The notes: generated from the letters alone by a model not told the origin. DNA of 63,877 nt, filler included, from Octopus bimaculoides (GCF_001194135.2; 7 parts of 7 records of this genome joined end to end with filler, not necessarily neighbours in it), one strand, 5' to 3'; positions 38,001-51,942 are shown, counted from the whole stretch's first letter. Numbers and translations: made by a program.

Positions 38001-40204
38001 CATAATAAATGCTACTTCAGTCATGAAACTCTCTAGCAAACAAACAAGATACAAGAAAAATGTTAACCTAGAAACTGCAAATATTTATGAGCAAAGCCAA
38101 TCTACTTCAAACATTAAGTTAACTGTAATTAATATTTTAATTTATCATTATAAATTCTTTTTTAAAAACTTTAAAAAAAAATATATTTAAACAATGTCAT
38201 AAACACATTAAAACAATTTCGTAATACAATTTCTAGTTATTTGGGTACATTTTAAAAACTTTTTTTTAAAGAATTCTAACTATAACCCGCACCATATCAA
38301 GCTATAAAAATGAATTTTAATTTGGCAATTCTAGTTCATATCCATATACATGATTGCAAATACTTTGTAAGCAGAGCCTTTTACAAGTATCACAAGGGTA
38401 TCTAACCAGCTTGCACATATATTTTTATATAATCACGCAAACACACACACACATTTCTTTGGGGGTAGGGTGAATGTTGAAGCATATATGAAGCTAAAAG
38501 TAATAGTGTATGTATGTGTATGTATGTGTATGTATGTATGTATATAAGCATACATGTATGAATGAATATATACTGTAAAAGGAACCTTTCCGTTCATATG
38601 AAAAGGTTGCGTAGAAATCAAAGAAAGTTGAAGTTCGCTAGATCAATATCTGCGAATACAACCAATTGCATTCTCAACAATCATCTTCCGAACTATACTT
38701 ATATTTATCTACGCTATAATAGAAGTGTTTTTATTCCTTTTCAAGTCTACATAACTATTTTTCACTGCATTTAAGTTTGTACGTTCATTCTAACGCTTTA
38801 ACACTTCATTATATTCGTTAATATTAACTTTTCATTATATTCTATAGTTCTGTCGTCAAGTACAAGCTCTATTCATTATAAACTATTAATATGTATCCTC
38901 TTTGTTAACACCACAAAAACATCGTCGCAAACATATTCATGTGCTCATTATGCTGATGAGATATGTTGAATTAAACTTCTTTTTTTCTTTTGGTTTTTTT
39001 TTTTTACAAAATTGTGAATATCATTGATTATCTCTAATCTTATAACCATGACCTCTAGCTTTAAAACCGTTGGAACACATGTGTGAAGCAGAACCGTTAA
39101 ATTTCAAATTTAATTATATTGGATTAAAAAGTAATATAATGGAAATCGATCCAGCGAAGGGAAAAAGGTTTTCGGTTTTGAAAAAAAAGAATTTAAAAAT
39201 AAGTCTGTCTTATGTATATATAAAACATGACAAAAATTTGGAAGCAAATTGCGAAAATAGACTAGACTGAAATAGTGAAGAACACTTTCAAAAGAATTTT
39301 ATACACGATGATAGTCTACTGTGCTATTCCAATATATTTATACCCCTTTAATATATATGTTCTACCTTTGCCGCAATGATACCGCTTAAAGTACAAGACA
39401 TTGGTGTTTTTTATAATATATATCTTACCGAAAGGTCATGGCATAGGCAATTAATATCCAAAATTGTTCAAGCTTTACCTATGTTTTTAAAGTCTCCAAA
39501 CCCTCAATGACTACTACTGCTGTACGAATGAATGGTCCTTATATATATATTAATCCTGACTGTGAGTCCATCAAAAGAGACCATGTGTGTGTGTGCTTTT
39601 ATAAATTTACGATTGTTAGAAATGCCTGTTTGCATCTAGAACGGTGAAAATTCCTACATCGAGTAGAGGGGGAACTGGTACAAAAAAGGCATGCACAAAG
39701 ACACCGTCTCTTTCAGCAGCTACGTGATCGTCTGAGGCCTTTACACCTTTTTTGCATGGGACGTGCATTATCAAAAACTGGTCTAAGCCAGCTATTCTTA
39801 ACGTTTCCCACTTTGTTTGCATGAGAAGTTCATCCTTAGACACTGGTCTATGTCTACTATCCTTCTCGCTTCTGATGGTCAGCTCTTGATGCATTCCCTT
39901 AGTCATTCCATTGATATATTCCCTTTTTCGTTCCTTCAAGTTCCCTTATTCTCTTTCTTTCGCTCTCTCGCTGTTTTGTTCTCTCAGTATTTTGCATTCT
40001 ATCTATCTTTCTTTTCTCCATTTTTACAGCAACCTTTCTATAAACCAAGCAGGCATAGCTGATGATTATAAGTGAATTAGACTTTCGCAAAACTTTTAGT
40101 GATATAGTATGCTTTGTTTGTATTTCGACGGTGTGCGGTTTTATCAAACATGAACTACACCCTGTACATATGTGTGTTCGTGTATGTGTACACACACACA
40201 CATA

Positions 40205-40247
<43 letters not shown>

Positions 40248-40249
<2 letters not shown>

Positions 40250-40536
40250 AAGACTATAAAGTTTGGGTTCATAGGCGCATATGCGTAGTTTCAATAATTT
40301 TATTCAACTACATTAATGAATCACACATTTTCAACATGATTTTCACCATTAGTGATGCAAACTTCGATACGCATTGCGAGATTCACACGAACTCGATGTG
40401 GTAACCCCATTTGTCCGCCAATTTGAGCACATTCATTTAAGATGCATCCTTTCAGATGATTCATATCTGGAATTTTCATTGAGAACAACTTCTCCTTCAG
40501 CATATCCCAGAAAAAGACGTCTAGGGGACTAACACC
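40248..40536 (-). mobile_element. Tc1/mariner-superfamily transposase C-terminal fragment plus probable right TIR (DD37D/DD41D-like)
   Basis: SPLDVFFWDMLKEKLFSMKIPDMNHLKGCILNECAQI...RIEVCITNGENHVENV*; the end abuts (TA)n. Confidence 0.75.
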
Positions 40537-41015
40537 GTGTACTCGGACTCAGTGCCCTCATGGGTCTAGGGACCCAATTATGATTTACGTGTATGATGTG
40601 GTTTGCTGTCCATAAATAAATGCTATAGGGCTCAGTGCAGTGATTTTCCCAGGGTCCTTTAATACTGCTAAGATGGCTCTGCCCAGACTTTATGGTCGTC
40701 ATGCCTATATATATATTGTTACTGAATATAGGAGTATGATTGTAGCATAATGTTTAGTTGTTAATGGATCATGATGCAGTCGTTCGATTTGCTAAAAATC
40801 ACAGCCAAATATTCTTACAATCAGACTCTCCTATTTTAAGCACCATCTAAATAATCTGATACAATCACATCCTCTAAAGAACACAACAATTACACACACA
40901 AAAAATAACAAAAGAGATACGAACAGCAACACAAAAGATTGAGAATTTCGATTATTTGAAACAGAAATTCAAAGGGAATGGACTAAGCGGAGCAGGAGCG
41001 CGTACGAGGACGGAA

Positions 41016-41062
41016 AGTGTCGCTGAAGAGGTCACAGATGTCTGACGAAAGATTTCCGGACA
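41016..41062 (+). ncRNA. Minimal type-I hammerhead ribozyme with intact catalytic core
   Basis: TGTCG-CTGAAGA-G-GTCA-CAGATGTC-TGAC-GAAA-GATT-T-C-CG(G)ACA. Canonical CUGANGA and GAAA, 4-bp helix II, self-complementary helix III (AGAUUU), predicted cleavage after C41056, helix I 5 bp with one bulge. Confidence 0.65.
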
Positions 41063-41382
41063 ATGGACATAAGATAAAATACGAACAGTAAAACAGGAGT
41101 GAAGAACGAATATATAGTGCGTGTCTTTATTTGGCAAAAAAAAAAAAATGACCATCCTGAAATACAACAAAACCCAAAGAAGTTTTCGGGGAAGGGGAAA
41201 CTTATGGTCGGTGTGCTTATTCCGAAATCCTTCTAAATCAACTAGAGAAGAAAACAAATTTAATCCTAACAGGATAAGTCACATGTGTGGTTTTTAAAAA
41301 AGGGAAGCGATAAAGAAGTCAAGTTTAAAATGGAGTCAGGAAGTAGACATCACAGTCATTGTTCGATTTGGTTGAAAAATTA

Positions 41383-43294
41383 CACTAGTTTGCCTTTGGG
41401 ATTTTTTTTTTATTTCTATTCATGGATGTGATGTTACATATTCTTAGGTTGCTGATTTTAAATATCTAAACCATTTTGCTCTGTCACATAAGGATGTTGA
41501 ATAAATTACAATTAATAATAATAATAAATGTGAATTTTTAATAAATTACCTTATTAAAAGCAAGTAATCAAGGAAAAGCACATTTTAAGAACATATGTTT
41601 TCCCAATCAACATGAAATGAACCATATTCATCGTAAAATGAATCAGAATTATCAACATCAAACCAAATGAATGTAAAAAATATGCTCCTAATGGGTAGCC
41701 TACATATTGATTCAAAGGAAGAAGGACCGCTTTGATTTCCGCTTGTGCTGTGCATTGAGACCATCACGTTTCAATGACCAGCAGTAATCCGCTATCATGC
41801 TGACATTCCATTTGCCCTGGTATCGAGTTTCCACGGTGCAAATGTCTTGATGGAACCGCTCTCCTTGTTCCTCACTGTAGTCCCCACAATTCTTGAGAAA
41901 ATAGTCAAGATGCGAGTGCAAAAAATGCATCCTCACATTCATTCTAGACCCAAGTTGTTGGAAACTTAATATCAGGTCTTGGATCATTTTTCACACTCTG
42001 GGGAGCGAGCGGCTGTTTCCCAAGAAGTTTTGGGCAAATCTTCTTGAAGGAAAACCAGGCATTCACTTCGACACCTGCTAATGCTTCCTCAAAATGCTTT
42101 CCTGCACCAATTCCCGAATCTAGGTGTGGGGGGAACAAAGATTCCTACTTTTAGCTTGCCTTCACTTATACGAGGAAACTTTGACTCCAGGTACTTGAAA
42201 GCAGTTCCATTCTTGTTCAGGGCCTCCGCAAAATTTTTCATAAGCCCTAATTTGATGTGGAGTGGTGGCAGCAGAATTTTTTATGGGGTCAACTAGTGGC
42301 ACAGCTTTCATATTGTGATTTCCGGGTAAGAAGCTGGTTCTTGGTGGCCAGTTTTTTTGTTCATAGTGCTGGCTGTCTGCCCTACTATCCCGAAGACACG
42401 GAAAACAGGGATACTTAGTGTATCCCCCTTGAAGACCTAGTAGGAGAGCAATAACTTTTAAATCACTACAAATGAGAAAATTGTGATTATGGTACTTGAT
42501 TGCACTTATTACTGTCTTCATATTTTCGTAAGTCTCTACATTTGGACACTATGACCAATAGGCACAGATGCAGCTGTGTTACCATTGTAGAGAAGAACAG
42601 ACTTTAAACTTCTGTTAGAAGAATCAATGAAGAGCCTCCATGCATCTGCTTTGTACGACATCCCCATGTGTTGAAATAAGGCCAGAAATATTTGAACAGA
42701 AAACTAAAGAATCCTCTTTCTCAAAGAACTGAGTGAATTCCGCTTCACGATGACGGTACCAAACGAATGTTGTTCCAGGAGCAAGAAGCTTGTGTTCCTG
42801 CAGTCTAGAGCCAAGTAACTGTACACTTTCTTTTGGAAAGTTAAGGTCTCTAACCAAGTCATTGAGCTCAACTTGGTTGAAGGATGTGACATCGTCGTTT
42901 GTTGGTGGCTCATAGTCTACTTCCATCTCATTAGTATCACTAATGAGATGGGGTGAATTTCCTGCAGACGTAGCAGAATATATCTGGTGAATTGATGCAG
43001 CCTCTAGACATATTCACAGACTGAAAATAAAGAAAAATATATTAGACTTAACATTTAAATCAATATAAGGTAAACATTTTAATTTATCATTTACTGGTTA
43101 CACAAAAAGTGAAAAGTAACGTCTCCGTATAACTTGACAACCTAATGTGATAAAGATGAATAAAAAAAACACTAAGACTCATTATTTTTCATATTTATAG
43201 AGAAAAAGATACCATACAGCCAATAAAAAAGATACCATACAGCCAATAAAAAAGATACCATACAGCCAATAAAAAAAAATCATGCAGACCAGTG
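41383..43294 (-). mobile_element. Chapaev3 DNA transposon (1912 bp) with TIRs and TSD; transposase internally deleted and pseudogenised
   Basis: Termini CACTAGTTTGC / CACTGGTCTGC with TTA on both sides (41380-82, 43295-97). MSRGCINSPDIFCYVC, FNQVELNDLVRDLNFPKE, LQGGYTKYPCFPC, MHFLHSHLDYF..NCGDYSEEQGERFHQDI...YCWSLKRD. Confidence 0.92.
43202..43273. repeat. Three tandem 23-bp units (aaaaaagataccatacagccaat) in the Chapaev3 subterminal region
   Basis: Directly visible. Confidence 0.93.
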
Positions 43295-43410
43295 TTATGA
43301 AAGCAGCATTGAAGGATTTGAAATCATTTATGAAAATTACCTTTTTAGAGATATCTTTAAATTGTATTGTTATATTTCGGGATATTCATTTTATTTTATT
43401 TTAATTTATT

Positions 43411-43550
43411 TGCAAAATAAACACACGCACTATATATTCGTTCTTCACTCGTTTATTACTGTATCCTCCGGCTCCGCTTAGTCCATTCTAAGTGGAGCAA
43501 AAGCGTGTGTTTATTTGGCATAAAAAAATGACCGTCCCGAAGTATAACAG
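43411..43550. repeat. Inverted and partial direct copies of the small repeat at 40975-41170
   Basis: 43411-43490 is the reverse complement of 40978-40996 plus 41085-41137; 43503-43550 is a direct copy of ~41119-41170. Confidence 0.85.
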
Positions 43551-44697
43551 TATCTGTCTCAACAAATGTTTTCAAATCAGGAACCTTGCAACACAAATTC
43601 ATAAGCGTAACTTTAGATTCTAATTATCACGATTTTACTGCATTTATTTTAAACTGAACAGAACGTCTTTGTAGTTTAGGCAGCATTGAAGTATAATAAT
43701 ACGTTGTTTCTTTCTCCTCTCTAATTAGATATAATTAGAAGACCAAGAGAAAATATCTCAAGGGAACGTCCCGCGTACAAATACAATAGGATCTTACATG
43801 TGCAAATATAATGAGTTGAAAATTTTCGATCAGCTGAGATGATCTATGCAATTAAAAGGCAAAATTCCCTCCAGAGGTTTTGAAACTATTTCGAAGTATT
43901 CCACTCACTAGAGACTACCGTTTTAAGTAGTCTATTATTTTCGAGTAATAAGATTCAGTTGCAGCCTTGTAATCAATAAACTATTTTCCAGTCATTTTTG
44001 TGTTTTACTTTCAGTACATACTTTAGTTTATGCATCTTACGTAGTTTAGAGCTGAGATTTTATGAAACCTTGAGACCTTTTGGAGGTGCAAGTTTTTGAG
44101 GTTCTACTTGAGGAAAAAAAGGGGTGATTTATACTATTATGCATTATTACTGCCGTAAAACATCAAATTAGCTGAAAATTTCCATGTAATTTTATTCTTT
44201 ACAATGCTGCGATTAAATCTTATCATACGAGAATCGTAGAATAGCTTTTTCTTCTATATATTATTTTATTTGCCAAGTATTTTCTTCTTTCCACTGAATT
44301 TTTAAAACTACATTACAACTGAAAGAAGATTGAACTCAAACAATCTTACACATAAGCTATTTCAATTACGCTACTCGTTTATAACACTAAAACTTAACTG
44401 CTTTCCATGCTTTCAGTGGATTGGCCCGATCGTCAGAGCGCCGGATAAATGTCATACAGTATTTAATTACTCACTTTAACGTTCTAGGCCAAGACCCTTC
44501 GACGATCATCGTCTTTGCCACTCATTCTTTTGAGGGAGATAAAATAAAGTCCCGATGAAGTTCTAAGGACAATATAATCAGCTGTTACCCTTCTAGAACT
44601 TTGATGGTTTGTACCATCATCATAAATCAATATTACATCACTTAATTTCTAAGCGACTTTTCTTCGCCAAGATGGCTTTAATTTTAAATCGACGTAC

Positions 44698-44905
44698 GGC
44701 GGCGAGCTGGTAGAATCGTTACCGCAGCGGACAAGACACATAACGGCAGTTCTTACGTACTGAGTTCAAATTCCACTGAGGTTGACTTTGCGTTTCATCC
44801 TTTAATGGGTCAATAAAATAAGCACCAATCGAGCACTAGGGTCGATAAAATAGACTAAACTCCTCCCCCCAAATGTCAGACCTTGTGCCTATAGTAAAGA
44901 GACTT
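44698..44905 (+). mobile_element. SINE family C
   Basis: ggcggcgagctggtagaatcgtt...gttcaaattcc...ccttgtgcctatagta. Confidence 0.85.
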
Positions 44906-45466
44906 ATAAATCGATGTTTATTTATTTGATTTTTTTTTTTTTTTTGCTTGTTTGCTTTTTCAGTTAATCGATTATTTGCAATAAATTATTTACTTTAAAT
45001 CTCTTTTTCGCATCTCTAAACAAAGGCTTTGTAACAAATAAATTTGTTCTTCGCTGCAACACGTCAGAGAAAAATAAAACATAACGGTAAATTTCAAGTG
45101 AGATTCAGGCTATTAATATCATTCTTCTAATTTTATACAATTGCAAGACGAATATCAGTGGCAACACAAATCTTTTCAATGATGGTCTTTTTGGGTTTTT
45201 TTTTAGTTTTCTCTCTTTACAATTAGTAGTTCTCGAAATTCTAAAACTTTTAATAAACCAATTCTTTGCATTCTTCCCTTCTATTCTATATTTGCGTGTT
45301 GAGTTTTGAATAACTATGAAGCAGCACATAGCAACAGTCCACTCACTGCCCTTCCATCTCCATTTATCGTAATAACTTGAGCGCTCGCTACTACAAAGCA
45401 CACAGGAACACACAAAACGTGAAAATTAGACATCAGATTAGATTTTCCTAAAACTCTTTATGATTT

Positions 45467-45500
<34 letters not shown>

Positions 45501-46552
45501 GGACAAATGTAAAATTCTTTCAAGGCAGTTTGTGGAATGGTCTCTATTTGAAAGAAGCTAACAAAAATATTTGAACAATTCTCCTTTTTTTAAAATAAAA
45601 ATTTATTAAACCCTACATTTCAAATATCAAAAATGCGTTTAACATAAACACGTAATTTATAAAGTATATCTAGAGATCTGCAAATCTGTCAGTGAAAAAA
45701 TGTATATAATATTTGAAAAAAAAAAAAAAAAGGACAGAAAGCTCCACTCGTAGTTAAAATGTAAGTTTTCTGAGTCCTGATGTCAATGTTAGATTAGCGA
45801 TTGTTCATATGTAACTTGACTTGCCTCTGAGAGGCTAGGTAGTCTGAAACTTAGTTTTTATTGCCTTGTAGTATGTGGGGAAAAGTGTAGTTCATCTACC
45901 TCTCGCGTTCTCTCGTAACGTTGATCTTTTCTTGCCGGGATATATCCATAGGAGCCCTACCCGCCTAACTTCTGGCCAGAACTTAACGGCCAATTCCTTG
46001 GCCCCATGCGACTACCACGTCCTTTCTGAGTGACAGACCCAAAACAAAAGAAGCCTACGCTTGTCGATCTTCTGCTTACATAACCTCCCTGGCTTTTGTC
46101 AATCCGGCGTGACGTCACTGACTTCGGCTCCCCCTGAACTCCACATTCCTCTCTCATCTCCAAGATCACTCCATCACCTCACTCCATGTTAAAACCCGCT
46201 ATCCACCTGGGCAGACGTTTCATCCGTTGCGATCTCCGCAGTGATGGAGCACTGCTTGCATTCTCTCCGCTTCCTTTGTTGTCTGACAAATCGACGATCC
46301 TGTGGACATCCAAGTCATGACGGCGGCATTCCATCCACAGACACGTTGTTTCGAGAATTAACTACCGTTACTATTTCTCTTCCCCACCGAGGCGTGCAGC
46401 GCACATTTGGAGGCTTGACTCACACTGCATTCCCTAGCTGCACAAAGGGAGGCTCTCTCTCTCTCTCTCTCTCACTTCCACAAGTTGCTGTGATACCGTA
46501 CACAGATGTCACCATTTAAATTTGAATATCGCTGTGTAGCACTGGCTCCTCA

Positions 46553-46900
46553 GTATGTCCTCCTTTCGGAGTCGATGAATTAAATACCAGTTGCATACAG
46601 GGGCCGATCTAATCGACTGGCCCCTCCCACAAAGTTTCAGGCCTCGTGCTTATATTAGAAAGGATTATTATTATCAATAATTAAGGTGGCGAGCTGGCAG
46701 AATCGTTAGTACTCCGGGCGAAATGCTTAGCGGCATTTCGTCTGTCTTTATGTTCTGAATTCAAATTCCGCCGAGGCTGACTTTGTCTTTCGTCCCTTTC
46801 GGGGTCGATAAAATAAGCCCCAATTGAGTGCTGGTGTCGATATAATTGACTTACCCACTCCTCCGAAGTTCTGGCCTTGTGTCAAAATTTGATATTATTA
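46553..46900 (+). mobile_element. Head-to-tail SINE family C pair (3' half at 46553-46680, full copy at 46684-46900)
   Basis: The second copy begins right after the short ATT tail of the first; B-box ttcaaattcc. Confidence 0.88.
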
Positions 46901-47464
46901 TTTTTACGAAAGCCTAACGATAATTTAGAAAACCAGTCAGCAGCCACCTTTTATTTATTTATTGTTTCTAATAAATTCTAAAACGGAATAGTTTCATAAT
47001 AGCTGCTTTGAATTATCTTTAAATGAACTGGTTTGAGTGTAAATATAAACTAAGAGACAAATAACTATGAACTAAAGTTTCAGACTGAATACACATGCCG
47101 AGATAACATACAAAAGAATTTTAATATCAGAAGCAATAACCTATACAGATACTATTAATTCTTTAGCAAGTGTTCAGAATTTCTAATCGTTATCGTCAAT
47201 GAACTCGCTCTTAGCACATAACCGCTTAATACAATATATAATAAACAAATATGAATATTCTTATAGTCTTTCAATATACGACCACTTTATCAGACAGTAT
47301 TTTGGGGTTGTTTTTTCTTCTTTCTTTTTCATCTTACTTTTATGGCAAAACCACAATGGCTTATGGCTTAGGTTAGTTTTTCGCCAAAGAAATTCTCATA
47401 TTTTCAGACAGTGTTAGTTCTTCAAACTGATACAAAAAATTGGGGACGGGAGAAAAGAAAACTT

Positions 47465-47979
47465 GGTACTACTTTGGTACGCGATCTACGTGTCATGAAA
47501 CTGCTTTGATATGCGATCTAGATTTTATATTGTGATCTACAACAAGAAAAAGTTATACTTATCAAGAACAAGGAAAACACCTGTATCGGTTTCGAATGTC
47601 TTTTTACTAATAAATGTATTAAATAATAAATTTTAATAATACATGTAATTACGAGAAAATTAGTAAATTTGTTTCAAATTTGCTTCATTCTAATTTCTTT
47701 TTAATAATAACTGTATAAAATGTATAAAAATTTTAATTATTTATTTTTTACTCTTCTAGATTATGTTCGTTCGATTCGCCTGTTCGTTCGATTCGCCCAT
47801 AAAATTAGTAAACTTGTTTCAAAATGTTTCATTTTAATTTTTGAAACAAATGTATAAAAATGTAAGAATGATTTATTTAAGCCATAATAAATAAATGAAA
47901 CATGTGGATCGCATGCTAAAGTAGAATTTGACTCTTGTACATCACGTTGGCTACGTAGATCGCATACCAAAGTAGCACC
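47465..47979. mobile_element. MITE with 27-bp GG-initiated TIRs, a repeated subterminal motif and a degenerate 8-bp TSD (Merlin-like)
   Basis: GGT(A/G)CTACTTTGGTA(C/T)GCGATCTACGT at both ends, plus a second diverged motif copy inside each arm; flanks GAAAACTT / GAAAATTC. Confidence 0.7.
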
Positions 47980-48139
47980 GAAAATTCACTCTTTAGTGGG
48001 TTTTCCTTTTTTAATGGGTTTTTTTTTGTACCAATAGCGTGTGTTACATGTAATTTGTGGTTGAAAACGTCCATTTTGTATTAGCTTTCGTTAACACCAT
48101 TGTTTTTATTGATGTCAGAATATTTTACTTTCCAAAATA

Positions 48140-48698
48140 CTGGGTTGGCAAGAAAGTAATTTCGGTTTTTTAGTGTGAAATAGAAGTCGTTTTTTTTCAT
48201 ACAATGAATGAACCTTAATCAATTATATATTTTCCATTTTGTTCGATGACTTTTTGCCATCTTTCTGGCAACTTCATGATTCCGTGCTCATAGAACTTCT
48301 GGTCATTATCAGCCCAAAACTGAAGCAAGTACGATTTCAAGTCATCATCATTATTGAAGGTTTTACCATTCAAAGAATTTTGCAAACTTCGAAATAAATG
48401 GTAATCTGATGGCACAAGGGCAGGACTATATGGTGGACGTGACATCACTTCTCAACCAAGCTCCAGTCATTTTTCACGAGTTGGCAAAGACGTCTGTGGT
48501 CTAGCGTTGTCATGGTGGAATACGATTCCTTTACGATTTGCCAATTCTGGCTGTTTTTTTAATTTTTTTTTTTATTGCTTCCTTCAGTTTCATTAGTTAT
48601 TGACAGTAAACATCTGAATTGATAATTTGTTCCTTAGAATCAGCTCAAAATACACAACACCTTTGTAATCCCACCAGATTGACAGCATGACCTTTTTT
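48140..48698 (-). mobile_element. Mariner (DD34D) 3' half with right TIR
   Basis: KVMLSIWWDYKGV, FHHDNARP, PPYSPALVPSDYHLFRSLQNSL..., KLPERWQKVIEQNGKYIID*. TIR (ta)ctgggttggcaagaaagtaatttcgg resembles cecropia/mellifera-type TIRs. Confidence 0.92.
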
Positions 48699-49214
48699 AA
48701 GCAATTCAGACATTTTACAGAGCTAGAATGTCTTTTTCTGCTGTTCAAGTATCACGACTGTCAGTTAAGTTCAAGTCATTAAAGTAATAAAGAACATACT
48801 TTAAAAATAACAGAGGTATGGATTAGTCTACATTCAGATGATGACTTTCTGTGACACTTTTATTGTTACAACACCGACTGCTGATTTTTCTAATTGGTTA
48901 GTACCATGAACAATCCGTCGATTAGCAAATTCTCTTGGTATAGTCATGTTGACACATTTCTGTGTTGGTAGCCAATTGAATTTACACCAATACCTTCAGA
49001 CACAAACGATAAAGACATGATCTTTGGGGAGAAAACCCATTTTTACAAATTACTATGAAATTGTGCATTTGCATAGATCTGAAGAGATTAATGGAAAGTA
49101 AATTTGATAAAAATTCATTTAATTGTTTTAAAGTGAAAGCAAAGTGGTTATGATGGTACAGACAACGACACTATACAAGATTTGAAAAGTTCCAAATACT
49201 TTATTATAATAGAG

Positions 49215-49360
49215 ACATAAGTGTAGACAAGTGATTTAGAAATTCGCTTCGCAACCACATGGTCCCGTGCTCGAACACACGGCATTTTATGATGTGTTTT
49301 CTACTGTAGTCTCTTCATTGACCACTACCTTGTGAGCGGAATTCGGTTGGCAGAAACTCG
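49215..49360 (+). mobile_element. Old SINE family A 5' part
   Basis: gcttcgcaaccacatggtccc...ctactgtag...ccttgtgagcggaattcggttggcagaaact. Confidence 0.55.
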
Positions 49361-49379
49361 TGTGCGCGCGCGTGTTTCT

Positions 49380-49420
<41 letters not shown>

Positions 49421-49455
49421 GAATATTGTGTCAAACAATGTGACCGAGTGATTCG

Positions 49456-49496
<41 letters not shown>

Positions 49497-49988
49497 TAAA
49501 ACAATTACCGGTCGGAATAAGAATAGGGTGATTTGAAGACAGTACCCAAATGTGATCGCAGTTACAGAAAAAGAATGCATACTGACTTCGGAGGCGCTTG
49601 GAAATTAGTTGCCATTCTTCACCTGCGCCTCAATTTACAAGGGCCGTCAATATTATTCGTCAAAATCAGCAAATATCACTGAAAAAATTCTTATTCTTCC
49701 CACTTTCAACTATACTGTTATAATTGCACACTCTATTGAGTTAAACTTGTTTTTATATTACGAAAAGACGACCATAGCAATTGTAGCTAAAATATTACAG
49801 AGTTCTCTATATTTTAAATCACTGAAAATTTTCCAAATTCTAAAATATAACAGATTTTTCATGTAGAGAGTTGAAAATAATAAACTAGGGAACTAAAATA
49901 CTTATTGTATTTCGTATGATGAAATATTGTAGTCGTCAAATTATACTTTGAGAAGAAAAGAACTAGTAAATTTCTTTTACTTATGCTT

Positions 49989-50187
49989 TTCTACTCTAGG
50001 CACAAGGCCCGACATTTTGGGGGAGGGAGCCAGTCGATTAGATCGACATCAGTACGCAACTGATACTTAATTTAACGACCCCGAAAGGATGAAAGGCAAA
50101 GTTGACCCCGGCGGAATTCGAACTCAGAACGTAAAAACAGACGAAATACCGCTAAGCATAGCATTTCACTTGCCAGCTCGCCGCCTT
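49989..50187 (-). mobile_element. SINE family C
   Basis: ctaggcacaaggccc...gaccccgaaaggatgaaaggc...gaactcagaacg...gccagctcgccgcctt. Confidence 0.88.
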
Positions 50188-51173
50188 CTTTTGCTTATTA
50201 TGTCGTTATAATGTAGCTGATAAAAGGTGTTTAAAAACACAACTGTAATTAGTGTTGGTGTTATAATACAAACAATGAAGAGTATATTTTGTTTAGAAAG
50301 TTAGACTCAATAGTAAATTTATAACTAGTATGTAGAACACAATGAGGTTTTGTAAGGTGTACATTTCTACCGCGTTAAATTAGATAACGAAATGCTAGTT
50401 TGAACTAATAAGCTTCCGTTGCTAATAGCAAAATTTTTATATTACTATCACATCACCGATTCTATTTTGTTTCTCAAATAAGAAATTAAATACGTCTAGG
50501 CACACTTAACTTAGATAGCTTATACAGGTTTCGGCCAGTATAGGCCCAGGCCATGTCTAACTTAATAGCACCACCTGGTGAAGTCTTTTAGTCATATATG
50601 GGGCACCATGGCCCACTCTAGCAAAGTGTTATTGTTGTTGGAGACATATCCGGGTGTAGATAAAAATATTGAGAAAAAGAACTAGAAAATAACCAAAAAC
50701 CAATGTATAATTCGGGAGTCAACGTTACGATGGAATCCCCTTCTACGTCAGTAGGACACTGGTTATGTGTCTATATATTGAACAGAAATAATGTATATTG
50801 TCGACTGTAGAAAGCTGTCGGATCTAGCTAAGTTAAGAATAATATTAATCAAAGTTTGGCATATTAATATCTATTTTCTTTCATGAAAAAGAAATTAAAA
50901 ATTATAGATCCTCTTAGGTGAAACGCCTGGAACACTTGAAAAATGTCGAAAATCGTTCAAAGAACTAAAAATTCACAGTGATCTTTTACAAGGAAAAGTA
51001 AATAAAAGGCTTTGTCTAGAAATAGCAGACAAATCATAACAGAGATAACGGAGATAAAAGACTGACTAGAAATAGCGTGCCTAATTAACAATGACTAGAA
51101 AATCCATTTCAGCAGACGGTCATATTATTGTATATGCATAAGAACAAAACACTCCTAGTTACCATATTATTAA

Positions 51174-51230
<57 letters not shown>

Positions 51231-51942
51231 NNNNNNNNNNNNNNNNNNNNNNNNNNNNNNNNNNNNNNNNNNNNTTAATTAATTAANNNNNNNNNNNNNN
51301 NNNNNNNNNNNNNNNNNNNNNNNNNNNNNNTATATCCCTTCATCGGAGATGGCGTGAGAAGATGATTAAGTAATAATTAATTTAGATAAGATACGAAATA
51401 AATAGTGAATTGGATGAACGAAAATAGATGTGACCTATGCAGGGATATTACACTTGTAAATCTATTATTTAGGCGGAATTGTATACATATCACATTCCAA
51501 TACCTTATGATTAAAATCCAATAGTCTTTAAATTTGGTCATTCCGAGTATAGAGTTTGTACACAGTCTTATTGAATCAAGGGTTTTATTTAAAGTGACCT
51601 AAAAGTAAGGTCAAATCGAAAAGAGGAAGAGAGGAATACACAAAGGAATGAAGAAGGGGAAGAGAAGAGAAGAAAAAGGAAGAAGAAAAAATAATAAGAG
51701 GAATAAAGAAAAGAAAGACAAAAGGAATACAAATATACAGATAAGAGAAAGTATACCAGATAGTGGTCATTCGATATAGTTTGGAAGTAGGAATGGGGAG
51801 ATAAGTGTGATAGAGAGATAAAAGGTATTAGAGTGTAGAAAGATAGAAGGAATGGGGGTAATGGAGAGAGAGAGAGGGGTAAAATGTAAAGGAGTGTCAA
51901 ATGTGTCGTGATAGTGTCTAGGTGATGGGGCAGGGAGAGGGG

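Noticed and set aside
39616-39939. 107-aa minus-strand ORF
   Set aside because: No recognisable motif or convincing splice sites; begins in a low-complexity AG-rich tract.
45950-46450. GC-richer block possibly from a LINE endonuclease C-terminus (VDLLLT...)
   Set aside because: Similarity too weak to assign; kept only for the weak hammerhead relic at 46212-46241.
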